A DNA stretch of 63,585 nt, the filler included, from Bigelowiella natans CCMP2755 (lineage: Eukaryota; Protista; Cercozoa): the NCBI GenBank assembly GCA_000320545.1. It is 6 parts of 6 records of this genome, joined end to end, with 100 filler letters (N's around TTAATTAATTAA, not from the genome) between each part and the next. Parts side by side here need not be neighbours in the genome. Positions count along the whole stretch, not along the records: positions 14,241 to 40,088 come from ADNK01000301.1; 5 more parts are not named here. One strand, written 5' to 3'. Both the position numbers and the translations under genes were made by a program. The notes beneath the pieces are model-generated. The model worked only from the letters and a program-made list of their open reading frames with translations, was not told the DNA's origin and did not search any database. Shown in pieces: positions 24,894-38,827 of this stretch. Each line of letters opens with the position of its first letter. The first letter of the stretch is position 1.

Positions 24894-25855
24894 GCACCAT
24901 TTATTATATGATTGAGAAAGCAAACAGTTTCAACGCATAAATACATTACATATCTACAGATTTTTATCTTTTGTTTCCTACTCGTTGTATCATACCATCT
25001 TTGTGCGGGTGAGTGACACATCTCCAGCGTGAATCTAGTAGTAATAAAGAAGCTCGAAATGGTGATTCTTGCGTGTCATGTGATGAGAAGTGCCTTTGAA
25101 TGAACTTGTTGTAATGTACGATGCGATGCTTTATTACACGCTAGCTACCGGTATCAAGCTTTGCTATGTAAGGCCGGTGTCTGCTATGTGCTATGTGCTA
25201 TGTGCTATGTGCTACAATGTGCGTTACGTTTTCATTGCATCTGGCAGATCTGCTAAAGCTGCTCATGCTCTATTAGCATGCAGCATGAGCTATGGGTCTA
25301 GTAGGCTGCAGTGCACTCGCGCATCTAACGCGTACGCAGCTAGGCAGGCCTAGCTAGCTAGCTAGAGGCGCCAAACAAATCTGCAGGAAAAACAAGTGTT
25401 CAAAATAAAAACATAGTTGAGGATGCTCAATTAAAATATATAGGGAAGCCAGAAAACTCTCATGCAATTGTACGTTCGTGTTCGATGTTCGATGGCCGTT
25501 ATTGGCTATCTAGCTAGCTATCTAGCTATATGCCAGTAGCATGTGCGCTCGCTTGCATGACATCATTGCGCACGTACATCTACGACACAAACGGACTAGC
25601 AGCTGGGTAGATGTCATCTGATCACATCCTTGGCCAGCAAGCCGGCGTGCCACACGCATTAGCATGGTGTGCTGCATGGTCAGAGTATACTAGTAAAAAT
25701 GGTTGCAATGAAAATTTTGAAACGTAAAAGTATCTAGCTAGCTAGCTTTGCATGCAAAGCACATGCATCATTGTGTAGTGCTCATGTGCTATGCTCAACG
25801 TTCTTATGACTCTGCATGATGGGGCATATACTTACACCAATTTATACGAACTGCA

Positions 25856-26166
25856 TTATGAATAAATTCGGATAACGAAGGCCTTATATATGCTCATGAA
25901 CTTGGCGACAAATGCCTCCAAGTGGTAGATCGGCTTCTTGCCCATCTTTATACGATGCTCAAAGTGTGCGGCAAGCTCGATCACCTCGTACTTCAGGTCG
26001 TCGTCCAGCGTTGTCAGTAGCTTCTTCGTCAAAGTCTGCACGATGATAATGATGATGATGATGATAACAACCACACAACATATTGCAAACACTGACTAAC
26101 ACCGTACGACACGGTTCTCCTTTTTGGAATAAATCAAGAAACTCATTGAGAATCGTTCAGTAGGAG

Positions 26167-26200
<34 letters not shown>

Positions 26201-28694
26201 GCTCTCTTCTTTCTTTCTATCTATTAAGCTGTCTGATATCTGCCTCTCTAAGTAAGAAACGTGATAATAATGAGTAGCATCATTCTCGCCATCGCAACCA
26301 TCGCAGTGGAGTTAAGGGAGCTCTATATTATCACCGTACGTAGTTGCAGTAGTAGTATTACCTTTATTATAACATCAGCCGGTATGCAGTTACCGAGCAT
26401 CTCATAGAAACGCCCTCGAATATCAAGCAGCCTGTTTGTATGCACACACACACACACACACACATACACAATAAAGACAGGAGGAACAACACAAACGTAA
26501 GAGGTGGAACGCCCTTGGTAAAGCTGCCTTCTTGCGCCTCCCCACCACTGCTCCCATCAATGTTTACTACCTCTGCGCGCTCTGCTGCGTTGTAATAGCC
26601 TTAGCAATGTCTTGGACGTAGAGCTCCCAATCACAAAGGTTTACTTTCTGATCATCGGCAAATGGGTACCTAGATGCGTGTATCAGTAGCTGTGAGAAGA
26701 CGAAGGAGGAGCTTCGCTGATGCTTGTTACTTCTTCTATTGCCTTTCTCTCTCCCCTCCCTACCCAAACCATCAAAATTGCTTCTTCTGGGTGCACTTAC
26801 TGCTGTGCTTTGGTGGCCTCTAGCATTAGAATGGCCCTTCGGAGATTTCGATCGCATGCATCGGCCACCTTATAGGCCATTGCTAAACGAACGGCAGCAA
26901 GTCAGCGTGCGGAGAACCACAGTGTGATGGAGTTTGGTGCCTACGGACTAGATCGTCGTTGTGTTTGCGCGATTCGCGCAGTTACTCACTGTTGTCGAGC
27001 TTGAAATGAGCCTTTTTTGCGACGTTGTTGAGGACCTCGACGATCTAGCAGACAACCAAGCAGCGGCGACATGAGGTTTACGCATCCTTGCTTTCAACCC
27101 GTCTCCTCTTGTGTGTGTTGTGTGTGTGTGTGTGTGTGTTATTTTGCGATAATATTACCTACGCGTGTTTATATATTTCTAACAATATGAATTGGTGATA
27201 ACTCTATTAATCCTATGATACTATTTATTGTACCGCTTTTTTCTCAGGGGCAGGGATTCTTATTCCAAGGCATCGACTTCGCAGTGGCTCGATGACACGG
27301 CAGGAGCTTTCGCAGCACATGATGATACGGCACGTGAGCATGTACCTAAGTCGAGCATGAAGAGATTGATGGGTCAACCAACGGCAACACAAACAAAGCA
27401 ATGTTGAATAATGTAAAATCGTTGGGTGTGACTTTTCCATGGTTCGGCGAAGCGCGTTTTGTGCCTGCTGGGAAAGCCGGTCGACCTCGTTCAAAACTAC
27501 AACTACACAAGACAACGCATGAATGTTAGGCGCTTTCGGAACAGGGATTTCTGTATCCTCAATAATAAAGAGTACACCAACTCAAGCATCAACAAAAAAG
27601 ATACGATCAGATATGCTTGCTACCTTTGTAAGCTTTCTGCGAAGTTGGGTCGAGTGTGTGGGTCTGGGCGATTTCCTTTATTACCTCGGAAACTACATGG
27701 GTATCGCTAAATCCGGCATCAGCGGGGCACATCTCGATGTGGTAGTTGCTTTGAAGAGTGGCAATCTCCACTTTCTTCCTTGAACTTCCGGCCTGTTGCG
27801 GTTATCACGGTGGTTATAATTGCTGTTGTTGCTGTATTTCTTCCCGCCCCCTTTTCACGGGAGAAGCTCAAAGAACCGATGGTGGAACAAGCGAATAAAG
27901 ATGGAGAGTCCTCGCAGAAAAATTCGAGGCTTAATCGTGAATGATTGCAGCAAATGTGGGTAAATTGTATAACATGAACGTTGTGCTCAGAGTATTCGCA
28001 AGTTTCAACATATGTTTCAAGGCTAAATGGTCAAGTAACTAACTGAACCACCCTGGCACATTTTGAAGCCAAGCGTACAAATTATCATCACTGCACGAGT
28101 TCTACACAAACCAAAGCCACACAACCCTACCCTTGGCCAGGGATGAGAAATGTTTCAACCATTTGTTCTAAATGATTTGCGGGTTCTCTACCTTAAAGAT
28201 CTTGTTTGAGAACTTCAGTTTTTCAACACCGCTTCCATATATCTCCCTCAGCACTTCCACAAAAAAGATAATAAAAGGAATACAGTAAGAGCTTTATGAT
28301 TAACCCAAACAGTAAAGTGGAAGTCATTGATAGGAAGAAAGTATATCAGTCTTACATGCTCGGATCCTGGTTTTCTTCCCAGCTCCCGATGGACCATAGA
28401 ACCTGAAATCGGAGAATATTGTTGTTCTTTTTGGATGGAAATATTGGATCATGACGCGGATAGCTAGATGTAGGCTTACATCATATGTGGCACGTCCCCT
28501 GAAGTCACCTATAGATAATATTTCGTCAGTAAACACGTTTTACATTAGAGACTACGAGGCAATTGCGCTGTTTCAAAATGCGGTCGTTGGAGTAAACTTA
28601 ACTGTACCAGAGATTTGATTTTTTTAGTGATCTTAGGATGGAGTTCAAGCTTATCCAGGGACTGAGGCCGGTATTCATCGACCCAGAGACCCAT
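25856..28694 (-). CDS. RFC3: Replication factor C small subunit (human RFC3 / yeast Rfc5 type), multi-exon
   Basis: MGLWVDEYRP, FYGPSGAGKKTRI, VVVLNEVDRLSQQAQNALRRTMEK, VIEPLRSRCLGIRIPAP, RNLRRAILMLEA and EHRIKMGKKPIYHLEAFVAKFMSIYK. Confidence 0.95.
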
Positions 28695-29973
28695 TTTTCT
28701 GCGCCTTTCTTCTTCTCGCGATTGCGAGAGTTAGGATTGGGTTATGCAATCACCTAACTCAGACCAATACTGAAGAGAAAGTAATCTAAAATGTATATAG
28801 TGTCCTGTAATTAGGTAAGAAGAATGTCTAAATTATGTTATAATGCATAAAAATGTCGCATTTCCTCCTCAACCTATCAGCAGAATGACTTATAAGTCTG
28901 TGGCGGGGAACTAATTGTATTTTACCTGGGTTTTCAAACTATATTTCAAATATGCTCGTGAATGTACAGAAGACGACAACAGAAAAACGACGATCCTAAC
29001 CAAATGGGCTGCGCAAGCCCTTCCCTCCAAAATATTTGGGAGCAAATGGGCTTCATTATATGTCGCTCTTTAGGGATCTCCTGCATCTCCAAAAACAAAC
29101 TGCACTGAATCTATCCAGATTTGTTAGTGCAGGATTCCTTTGAAATTTACAAATTAATTGAAATAATTTGAGTCTTTAGTGAATTATTATATGAATTATT
29201 TTTCCTAATTATCTAAAACCGGGATTTATTAGAGACATCTGCAACAATATAGGCTGGTTCTCTACGAGCATGATGTCACACGTCCACATATTAAGACCTA
29301 GTGTTTTGCCCAGGCACAAAGCATTTAGTCGGAAAAAAGGGCGCTGTATGCTGGATACATGCACAGTCTTCTATTTTCTTCTGATTTAGTGACTAGAACT
29401 CCGTAATCATGTCATAATAATACTTACGACATCTTCCAAAATGTGTCGTCACAATTGGAATCACCTATGTATTTTCTCGTGGCGTCAGCAAATCTGAAAA
29501 CCTGAAATCGCGTGTACGTGCGCAGGACCCCCCCATCCACGCTTTTCACCGACCTCCACACGCCTAGGTATGGATATCACCCTCTTACCACATCACGATT
29601 TGATCCTTGTAGTTTCTACGTAACGATCCAGATGCGATGAAATTATTGTCTTTGCACACGCCACATGCCCTGTGCCTTTTTCTCGAGTTGCTTTTATCGT
29701 CACCAGACCAAATTCTGGCTAATTACGTCACCCTAAGATGTGTGTATAGAAAGTTACTGCTCATTTATGGTGATGAGATTTATATTTTTGAATGTTAGCC
29801 GTTAGTGCGATGAGAGCCCACAATAATTATAAGTGTTAACAAGATGCCGATTTGTGCATGCTCTTCTTCACAGAACCACCCGGTATTCATCTCAGCGAGT
29901 AAGGGGTGAGAGGTAAGGTTGACCTTATCAAGCCTGGGAGACAGAACAAATCGATAGACCACAAGACACAGCC

Positions 29974-30971
29974 ATGGCCCAGCGTCCATACCAGCCCCCA
30001 TACAACAGCATGGGGGGGTACCAGCGCCCCCCTGGACACATGGGTCCGGGTGGCGGAGGCATGCCACCCCCACGGGGAGGAGGAGGCTTCAGACCTAATA
30101 ATAATGCCCCGCCTCCTGGACCTGGGGCGATGGGAGGCAGAGCACCGCCTCCTGGCCCTGGGGTGATGGGGGGTAGAGCACCGCCTCCCAGCCGCCCAAT
30201 GATGCAACCCAGAGCAATGAACGGCGGTATGCCAAGACCAGCGCTTCATCAGCAGCAAATGGACCGCAAGATGCCCCCACCCTCCGGAATGGGAAAGATG
30301 CCACCACCCTCTGGGATGGGGATGAATCCTCCTTCCAATGCTATGAATCCACGCCGAGGGATGGCCCCGCCTTCGTCCCAATTCCAACCACGCACCCGCC
30401 CGATGGCCGCTGCTCCTCGTCCCCCCCCTGTGGGTACTGTCAGAGGTCCAGGCATGGTAGCGGGAATGAATGGCTCACGTGGACAGCACATACCAGCTTC
30501 TGGGGGGATGCTCCGTGCCCAGCCACCACTGGCCGGGGGAGGGAATCATCTCCCGGCATCAGGGCGATCTCCCAATCCTGCTACCATGCAATCGCGGCCT
30601 GCGCAGAATTTCCATAGGCCCCCACCTGTGCGCAACAACCCCCCACCGATGCGTAGGGGTGGAGGGGGTGGGGCTCCTTTCACACAAAACAAAATAGCAC
30701 CCGCCGCCGTGAATAACTCCAGAATAAACACACAGCGGCAAGGCTTTCCACAGGTTGGACAAAAAAGAAACTTTAGTAGTAGTAGTGGTAGTAGTGGTAG
30801 TAGTGGTAGTAGTAGCAGTAGTGAATGTATCAACCTGATTTCCAGTCAAAGTGAATATAACCACTATGGCTATCACTAAGGCCGCCTGTGTTTCCAGTGA
30901 CGACATGATCACTACTGCAAATACTATATTTTCTAATTAGTATTAGTGCGGGGATGGATGTGTGTATGTGT

Positions 30972-31024
<53 letters not shown>

Positions 31025-31475
31025 GTGCGTGCGTACGTTTGGTGTGGAGGATCGATTCACATTAATTGGACAACCCACCCCTCCTCTCCCCCCCTCTCTC
31101 CTTCGAATATGATACCTCTACAGCGTGGTATGCAGTCCCACAGCTCCCCGCAGAGGCGAACAATAGCAACCCAGCGGCAGCAGCAGTCATCGCAGCAGCA
31201 GCAGCAGCAGCAGCAAGTTGGAGGAGCGGTTCCCACTGCTGCAGTGATGGCGCAAGACACTCCTGTGATACCGCCGATTAAGTTTCTGAAGCGGAGTAGT
31301 GCGGTCGCCTGGTGCCCATCCTCGAAACCCCAGCACACTGGCCTGATGGCATCCGGTGATAGATTATGATGACGATGGTGGTGATGGTGATGATGGTGGT
31401 AGTGATGAGGATGGTGATATGATGGTATGGGGTTGTGCATTCGTATAATCTCAAGTGCGATGTTGAAAACACATG

Positions 31476-31515
<40 letters not shown>

Positions 31516-31562
31516 TCTCTCATCCGCTTCTTTCGCTGTGTCTGCGTGTGTTTATGTGTGTG

Positions 31563-31606
<44 letters not shown>

Positions 31607-31692
31607 CAGGGACCACATCCAGCACCATCGACGCCAGCTGGAGCGCTCAGTACAGTCTTGAGATCTTCTCTTCGAGTTTTGGAGAACAGGTG

Positions 31693-31735
<43 letters not shown>

Positions 31736-33343
31736 TGCGATGAAAGTCGAAGAAATTGCCCCATTGTTTGAGCGGATAAATGCTGCTACCTTCTGTATAT
31801 CTATCCATCATCATTTTAATTTTTGTCGGTTCTCTGTGTCTGTTTTTCTGCTGGTCTCTTTTTATCATCCCCCCCCCCCCCTAGTCGAAAGAGATGCGGC
31901 GTATTGGCGCTGTTGAAGTAGCTCAAAGCTTCTGCTCCGTCGCATGGGGGGAGGTATGCGAAGTTGACGATGATAAAAGAAAGAAAGTGATGACGACGAC
32001 GACGACGATGATGATGATGGTGGTGGTGGTGGTGGTTATTTGGCACTGACGATGATAAACAATCGGACGATAGTGATATCCCATGGTGTGCTGTACTGTT
32101 AAACAGATCGGAATGGCAGAGGGCAAACACCCAGCAGGAATCATTGCAGGCGGCTTCTCGGGTAGCTTCAGCATTGATAATAACCAATAATGCGACGAGC
32201 AAGCAGATGCAGAGAGAGGATGGCACCTGTGTTGGTGACGATGGTGATAAATTATATATGCGTGTGTTTTTGTCGTGTGCTCTGTTGTTGTGTGTCGTGA
32301 AATACAAAGACGGTTCCATCGGCATCCACGACCCCATTGCAATTGCGAGCGGGGACGGCAAAAACTCGAGACTGGGGGAGTGTCGCGGACACCAAGGGGG
32401 GGTCACCTGCCTTGAATTTCACCCGACGAAGAAAAATCTTCTCGCTTCGGCCTCACAGGACGGCGATGTACGTCCCTAGTCGTTGACATGCACGCCGTGT
32501 GGGGCATCGTCTTTTGCTTTTTTGAGAGCGAGCGGTGGTTTGGGTAGTAGCGTAGGAGGAAAAAGGCGCAGCGGCAGCCCTGGCTTCTTCCTTTTCTTCT
32601 TCTTCTTCTTCTTCTTCTTCTTCTTCTTCTTCTGCTCATTGGTGCTGCATGCGCACTGTGTTTTCCACAGTCGTAGAATAGTCAATACCATGTGACTGCC
32701 ATCATCATAGATCATCATAGATCATCATAGATCATCATAGATCATCATAGATCATCATAGATCATCACCACCATCACCAGGTGTTCATCTGGGACCTTGC
32801 CAACATGTCGCGGCCGGGCCTCTCCAAACCGCACAAGGCATCGAAGGCTCACGCTATGGGCGTCACTGCTGTCGCGTGGAACAGGGTAGAATACTTATCT
32901 GCTCACCCACACACGCACACACACACACACACACACACATTATATATTATAAAACATAACTACATAATGATCGTCGATGTTCATTCGTGCACTGAGTGAT
33001 GAGCTGACAGTTTCCAACAAACCACCTCTCCCCCCCCCCCCTCCTCCCTCTTGTTCCCATTTCCCTTCTATCTCCCCCCCCCCCTGCTGCAGGCTCCAAA
33101 CGTACCGTTCATCCTGGCTTCCAGCTCTGAGCAGGGGATAACCAATATATGGGACCTCCGCAACAAGCGAGCGATCGTGAATATGAAGAGTCCTGGGCAG
33201 TACCGCCTTGCTACCACTGGCCTGGCGTGGCATCCCTTCGATTCCACACAGATCGCTGTTGGTTATAAGGGGCCCGTGGTTGAGATATGGGACCTCAGGA
33301 AGCGAGGGTATTATTATTTTATTCATTAATCGGTATCATCAAA

Positions 33344-33386
<43 letters not shown>

Positions 33387-33712
33387 TGCCGTCGGTCCTC
33401 ATCAGCTTTCATCGTCATCATCATCGTCATCATCATCTTCTTCTTCTTCTTCTTCTTCTTCTTCTTCTTCTTCTCACGTTTGCTCCCCTTCCAGGTTCCC
33501 AATCATCAAGATATCAAACGAAACATCGCCTTACATGCACATGGGTAGCGTTGAAGCGATGCGATGGTGCCCCCATGAGCCACGCGTACTGCTGACGAGC
33601 GGCGACGACAGACGAACAGTGCTGTGGAACGCTGCGGACGGGAGCTATCTCACGGAGCATTCTCTTGGAGGTTGTGGTGGTCATGATGGTGATGATGATG
33701 GTGATGACGATA

Positions 33713-33748
<36 letters not shown>

Positions 33749-36683
33749 TAATGTGGTGGGTGGGGTTCGCAGTAATGGTGGGATGGATGGCTACGAATGT
33801 ACGTGTTACGTGTGCGTGTGTGTGTGTGGACTGATGTATTCCTTCCTTCAGGTCCATTAAACGACGTGCAGTGGCATCCCACCCGCCCCTCAGTACTTAG
33901 CTCATCCAGCTTCGAGGGCGAGATCCACGTGCACGCTATACACGATTTTGGTAAAATAAGAGCGACGAACGTAACGTGCATGTACTCTGTGTTAAGACGA
34001 AGAGGAAGAGAGGGGGGGGATGGGGCTAGTAACACATAAAAAGGAGACGCAAACTACTGCGCCCACAAAACGAATTACGAGTGAATGAATTAACTGATAT
34101 TGGCGATCATATGAAGCTATGTCCTGCATCATCATCATCATCATCATCACCACCACCACCATTTTCATCATCATAATCTCTTCACATGAAGCTTATCGCC
34201 TCTCATCACTCTCCACAGGCCCTTTGGTCCCAAGCTGGCTGCGAAGGAGCTCTGGGGTGTCATTTGGATTTGGCGGAAAGCTCTTGAGCTTCTCTGGGGA
34301 TTGCGTCGATATGAAGTCGGGCAGCCCTCAGCAGCAGCAGCAGCAGCAGCAGGGAACGACCAAAATCACGCTCAAACGAACGGTAAGATTGCAATGAGAG
34401 AAGAGAGATCATGCCGTTATATACTGCTTCTTCCCCCAACCCCTCTTCTCTTCAGCCTTCCTTCTCATTCTTGTTCTTCGTCGTTCTCCTCCTCCTTCCC
34501 CCTCTCAGGTCACGGAGAAGAAGTTCGTGATGGAGGCCAAGGCACTCGTCCAAGCCACCCGTGAAATGCAACCGAGGCGCTTTTGTGAAGAGAAGGAGGC
34601 GGCTGCCTCCACGGAGAACGAGAAGGAGATCTGGCGGCTGATGAATGTTCTCCTGGAGCAATCCGGTGGACAGAAGCAGGATCTCCTACTATCAGAATTT
34701 GGGTTCCAGCCTCCACAGAAGCAGCAGGACAACAACAACAACAACAACAATGTGAAGGAGAACACAGACAACGCGGCCAACGCAAACGACGATATCGCGC
34801 GGAAGGCTGCGGAGGATGCCGCAGCAACGGCGGCCTCGCTGCTGGATGAGAACGAGTTTTGGGAGAGTGTGCAGGGGGGAGGGGAGGAGGAAGAGAAGAA
34901 GGAGGAGGGGAAGAAAGAAGCTGGCGACGATGGAAGTAAGACTGAACAGAAGAAGACCGGAGAGGAAGGAACGACTACGACGACGACGACGACGGCGGCG
35001 GCGGCGGCAAAGACGGAACGCCGTGCAGAGACCAAGATCGACCGCGAAATCCGCCTGGCGATCGTTGTCGCCGACTACGAAAAGGCCGCGAACCTGTGCG
35101 CCAAGAATGGTAGGATGGCTGACGCGGTTCTGATCGCCCAGATGTCGCCTGACGCCGAGCTTTGGCGCCGCGTCGTCCAGCAGCACTTCGACTCCCACCC
35201 CCTGTCCTGGGCGCAGCAGCAGCTGTTACCGATGGTGATGAAAGACTTCCAGAAGGTGGTTCAGCAGGCCGACCTCTCCTCGTGGCGCGAAACCGTGGCG
35301 ACCCTCGTGTCGTACACGTACGATACGCCTAACTTCGCACCGTTACTGAACGAGCTGGCGAGTAGGTTGGAAAGCGCGGGGAATACCCACGCCGCGACCC
35401 TCTGCTACATGGTTTCGGGGAACATCGAGAAGGCCGTGGAACGGTGGCTTGCGGAGGGCGCACATAGCAAAGAGGGCAGCAGCAGCCAGGGAGCAGCAGC
35501 CTCATCATCAGAGGCATCTGCCGCTGCCTCGGCGCTGCAGGCTGCGATTGAGAAGCTCCATTTCTACTCCCTTGCGCGTGGGTGCAATGGCCCCCCCTCA
35601 ATGATAATAGCGAAGAAGTACTGCGAGTATGCCGGATTGCTCGCGGCGCAGGGAGAAGCTGCCGACGCGCTGTTCTACCTGAAGAGCGCCATCCCGAACC
35701 CTAACCCCAAGGACATCGAGACCATCTCCCTCCTCGAGCGCCTCAACCTGGCCATCGAAGAAGAGCAGCAGCAGCAACAACAACAACAATACTCACAGCA
35801 GCAGCAGCAGCAGCAGCACTACTCACAGCAGCAGCACCACCACCACCAACAACAACAACAACAGCCGCAGCGTGGACGGCAGATGGGCATGCCACCTCAT
35901 ATGGGCGGGCGCCGAGGCCCTGCCCCCGGTCCCCGTCCCACTCGCCCAGGAGGCATGCTGAGGCAGACTCCCGGGAGAACACAGCAGCAGCAGCAGCAGC
36001 CTGTAGCAGCACTCAGGCGTCCACAAGTAGCAGCAGCAGCGAGCGGGGGTGCAATGCGAATGATGCCCCCTGCTGCCGGCCGTGGAGGCGTGGGGAGTGG
36101 GCCAAGGCGGATGATGCCCCCACCCACTGCTAGTGCCGCTCCTGGCAACCCCGCTGCACGCCGAGGGGGGCCATCAAGCGTCCCTGGCGACCGATCGAGG
36201 CCCCCTCCCGCTTCTGCAGCCGCGGCAGGTGGTGGACGCTTTGGCACGCCAATGGGAGGCGGGGGCAGATTTGCAGCAGCAGGCCCGGCGGGGGGCAGGT
36301 TCGGCCCCCCTCCCTCGGCGAGACCAGGCCGAGGCCTCCCCCCGCGTCCAGCAGCTTCGAATGGCGGTGGCGTACAACGGGGGGGGCCACCTGCAGCTGC
36401 AGGACGGATGCTTCGTGCACCTGCCCCTGGAGGACTCATGCAGCAGCAGCAGCAGCAGCCACCTCCAGGGAGAACTGGTAAGAAGATGTTAACCGCAAGA
36501 AGCGCATAGTGTGCGTGTGAGAAGGGGGAGGAGGACGAGGGGAGGGGGGTGGAACCAGGGTAGTAATGATGGAGGTTGCGCCGGACGTAGCTTTGTTTGT
36601 AGTAGAGAAAGTAGCTAACAGTAAATCGTAATTCTCCTTGCTATGTGTTTCCCTCCCCCCCTCTTTCCCTCCTCCCTCTCTCT

Positions 36684-36730
<47 letters not shown>

Positions 36731-38021
36731 CTCTTTGTTTTCTTCACTTACTGATCAATCCTCCTATCTTCAGGGATTCCGCCCGGAATGCAGCAGCAGC
36801 AACCGCAGGCAGCGGCTCCCAGGGGAATGCTACCACCACGTGCGAAGAATCCAATGATGATGAGAGGACAGCAGCAGCAGCAGCAGCAGCAGCCTCCGCC
36901 TTCATCCTCAAATATGATGCAGCAGCCCCCCGCGCCGGGCAGTAGCGCCGGCCCTCCAAACCCACCTCCATATCCTCCTGCGGGGCGGATGGGGATGATG
37001 CCGCCCCAGCAGGGGAATAGACATCCCCCCCCACAAGCCGCAGCACCAGCTCCAGCACCAGCCGCCGCCTCGGTTGGAGGGAGGATGATGCCTCGACAGC
37101 AGCAAGCGCCCTTGCCCCACCAAATGAATAACAACGCTCCCTCGCCATCCCCGTCGATGATGATGATGAGGGGGGGGGGGGGTAACAATGCCGTTGCAGC
37201 TCCTGCAGCAGGAGGAGGAGGAATCTCAGGCCTGACGCCCCGTGACCAACCGAAGACAGGTCCTCGCTATTCTGACCTCCCAGGACTCCCTGCGGCCAAA
37301 GGTGAGAGATGATGGATGGTGATGCTGCTACCGCTGCTGGAAAAGAAGCGAATTGATGACTGTCAATGCAATGCGATGGTGGTGGTGGTGTAGTGGATGG
37401 AAATAATACACGCATTACGCAAAACTCGAATCGTTCTCATCAGCCTAACCCTAACCCTAACCCCTTCTTCCTCCCCCCCCCTCCTCACAGGCACAACGAA
37501 TAGCACCGCTCCGGCAAATCCCCAGCAGCTATCATCTGCCAACGCTGCCGCCCAGCAAGCTTTTGGGTCATTACTAAATAGCCTAAGGAACTCAGGCAGA
37601 ATCGTATCATCTAGGGAGCAAAAGGTGGTAGTAGTAGTAGTAGTAGCAGCAGCAGCAGTAGTATGTCGACCTGCTTTGTAGCTCTTAGTCGTAGTAGAGG
37701 CGAGCGAAGGCGATGGTGCTGATGGGAAAAAGGGGGGGGGGGGGGGGAGCGATGAATATATCATCATCGATTAGATTGGAATCCCAAGCTCCGTGCACGA
37801 TACGCGTGGGTGTGTAAAAAGCGTGTTCACTGTTCTTCCTCCTCCTCCTCCTCCTCCTCCTCCTCCTCCTCCTCCTCCTCCTCCACGCTACAGAAACTGG
37901 CAGACGTAGAAAAGCGCATTGGCGAGTTGTACCAAAAACTAGCAACCGGCAATGTACTTGCGTGCATGTGTGCAGCAGCATACGACGATGAGATATCACA
38001 TATTATTTATCATTATTAAGT

Positions 38022-38056
<35 letters not shown>

Positions 38057-38612
38057 GAAAAAGAGCGTTCCCCAACACACTCCTCTTCTTCAGATATCGG
38101 TCGTAGAATCCAACCCCTCCTCATATGTAGTAGCCTCCTCATCAATCAATATAATTATTCCGACGATCACGCACGTGTGCTCTGTGATATGGTAGGGCAT
38201 CACCTCGCAGTGCGCCGACGTGCTCACAAGACTCTGCGCGGTTCTTTCCACCCCCCAGGTAGTCGAGTCGTCTTCTAATGCCAATTGCCAATTTTGTCCA
38301 TCATGTTTTTGGAAAGAGTAGTTTGATGAAGAACACACCTGCGTTGATGAATGAATGGGTGAAACTCAACTGCGCTCCTTACCCAACGTTTACGCTTCAT
38401 CGCAGGGCCCCGACCTAGTAACGGCAAAGCAGCTACACCTGAAACTCGTCACTGAAGATAAAGGTGGGAGAAGGAGGGGGCTTATTTTGCCTGCGTTGGC
38501 ATTTGCTATATCTCTCTCAAAAGACATATCGCATTGAGAGAGAGGCTATCTGTAGCTGCTGCTAGCAATCTTGCCATCCGGCCGTCAAACCCAGATGTTC
38601 CTGAAATATCGT

Positions 38613-38647
<35 letters not shown>

Positions 38648-38760
38648 GATGGCCACCCCTGGAGTGAACAAGTCACTCATCCGTCGTGTTGATTACAGGC
38701 CGCGTGAATCTGAAGTGGCTGACGGCTGTGAAGCAGCTTCTCACCTTCTGCTCAAAGTAA
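29974..38760 (+). CDS. SEC31: COPII outer coat protein Sec31, multi-exon, with a long Pro/Gly/Met-rich N-terminal extension
   Basis: The WD40 region starts IKFLKRSSAVAWCP...ASG|TTSSTIDASWSAQYSLEIF. Further motifs: IWDLRNKR, PSWLRRSSGVSFGFGGKL, an ACE1 region (GRMADAVLIA, WRETVATLVSY, ATLCYMVSGNIEKAVERW), a Pro-rich linker, and C-terminal KLADVEKRIGELYQKL...WLTAVKQLLTFCSK* (stop 38758-38760). Confidence 0.92.
32701..32766 (+). repeat. Intronic 10-bp tandem repeat (ATCATCATAG)x6
   Basis: Perfect decamer array directly upstream of the Sec31 acceptor at 32780. Confidence 0.9.
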
Positions 38761-38790
38761 TCTTAAATGAGTAGTTTTTGTTTTCCAATA

Positions 38791-38827
<37 letters not shown>

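Noticed and set aside
31427-31764. ORFs with CVCVCV, SLSLSL, HTHTHT, YIYIYI or poly-amino-acid runs (here and throughout)
   Set aside because: Translations of intronic microsatellites.
34505-37415. Multiple long antisense and alternate-frame ORFs over Sec31
   Set aside because: Expected by-product of GC-rich, low-complexity coding sequence.
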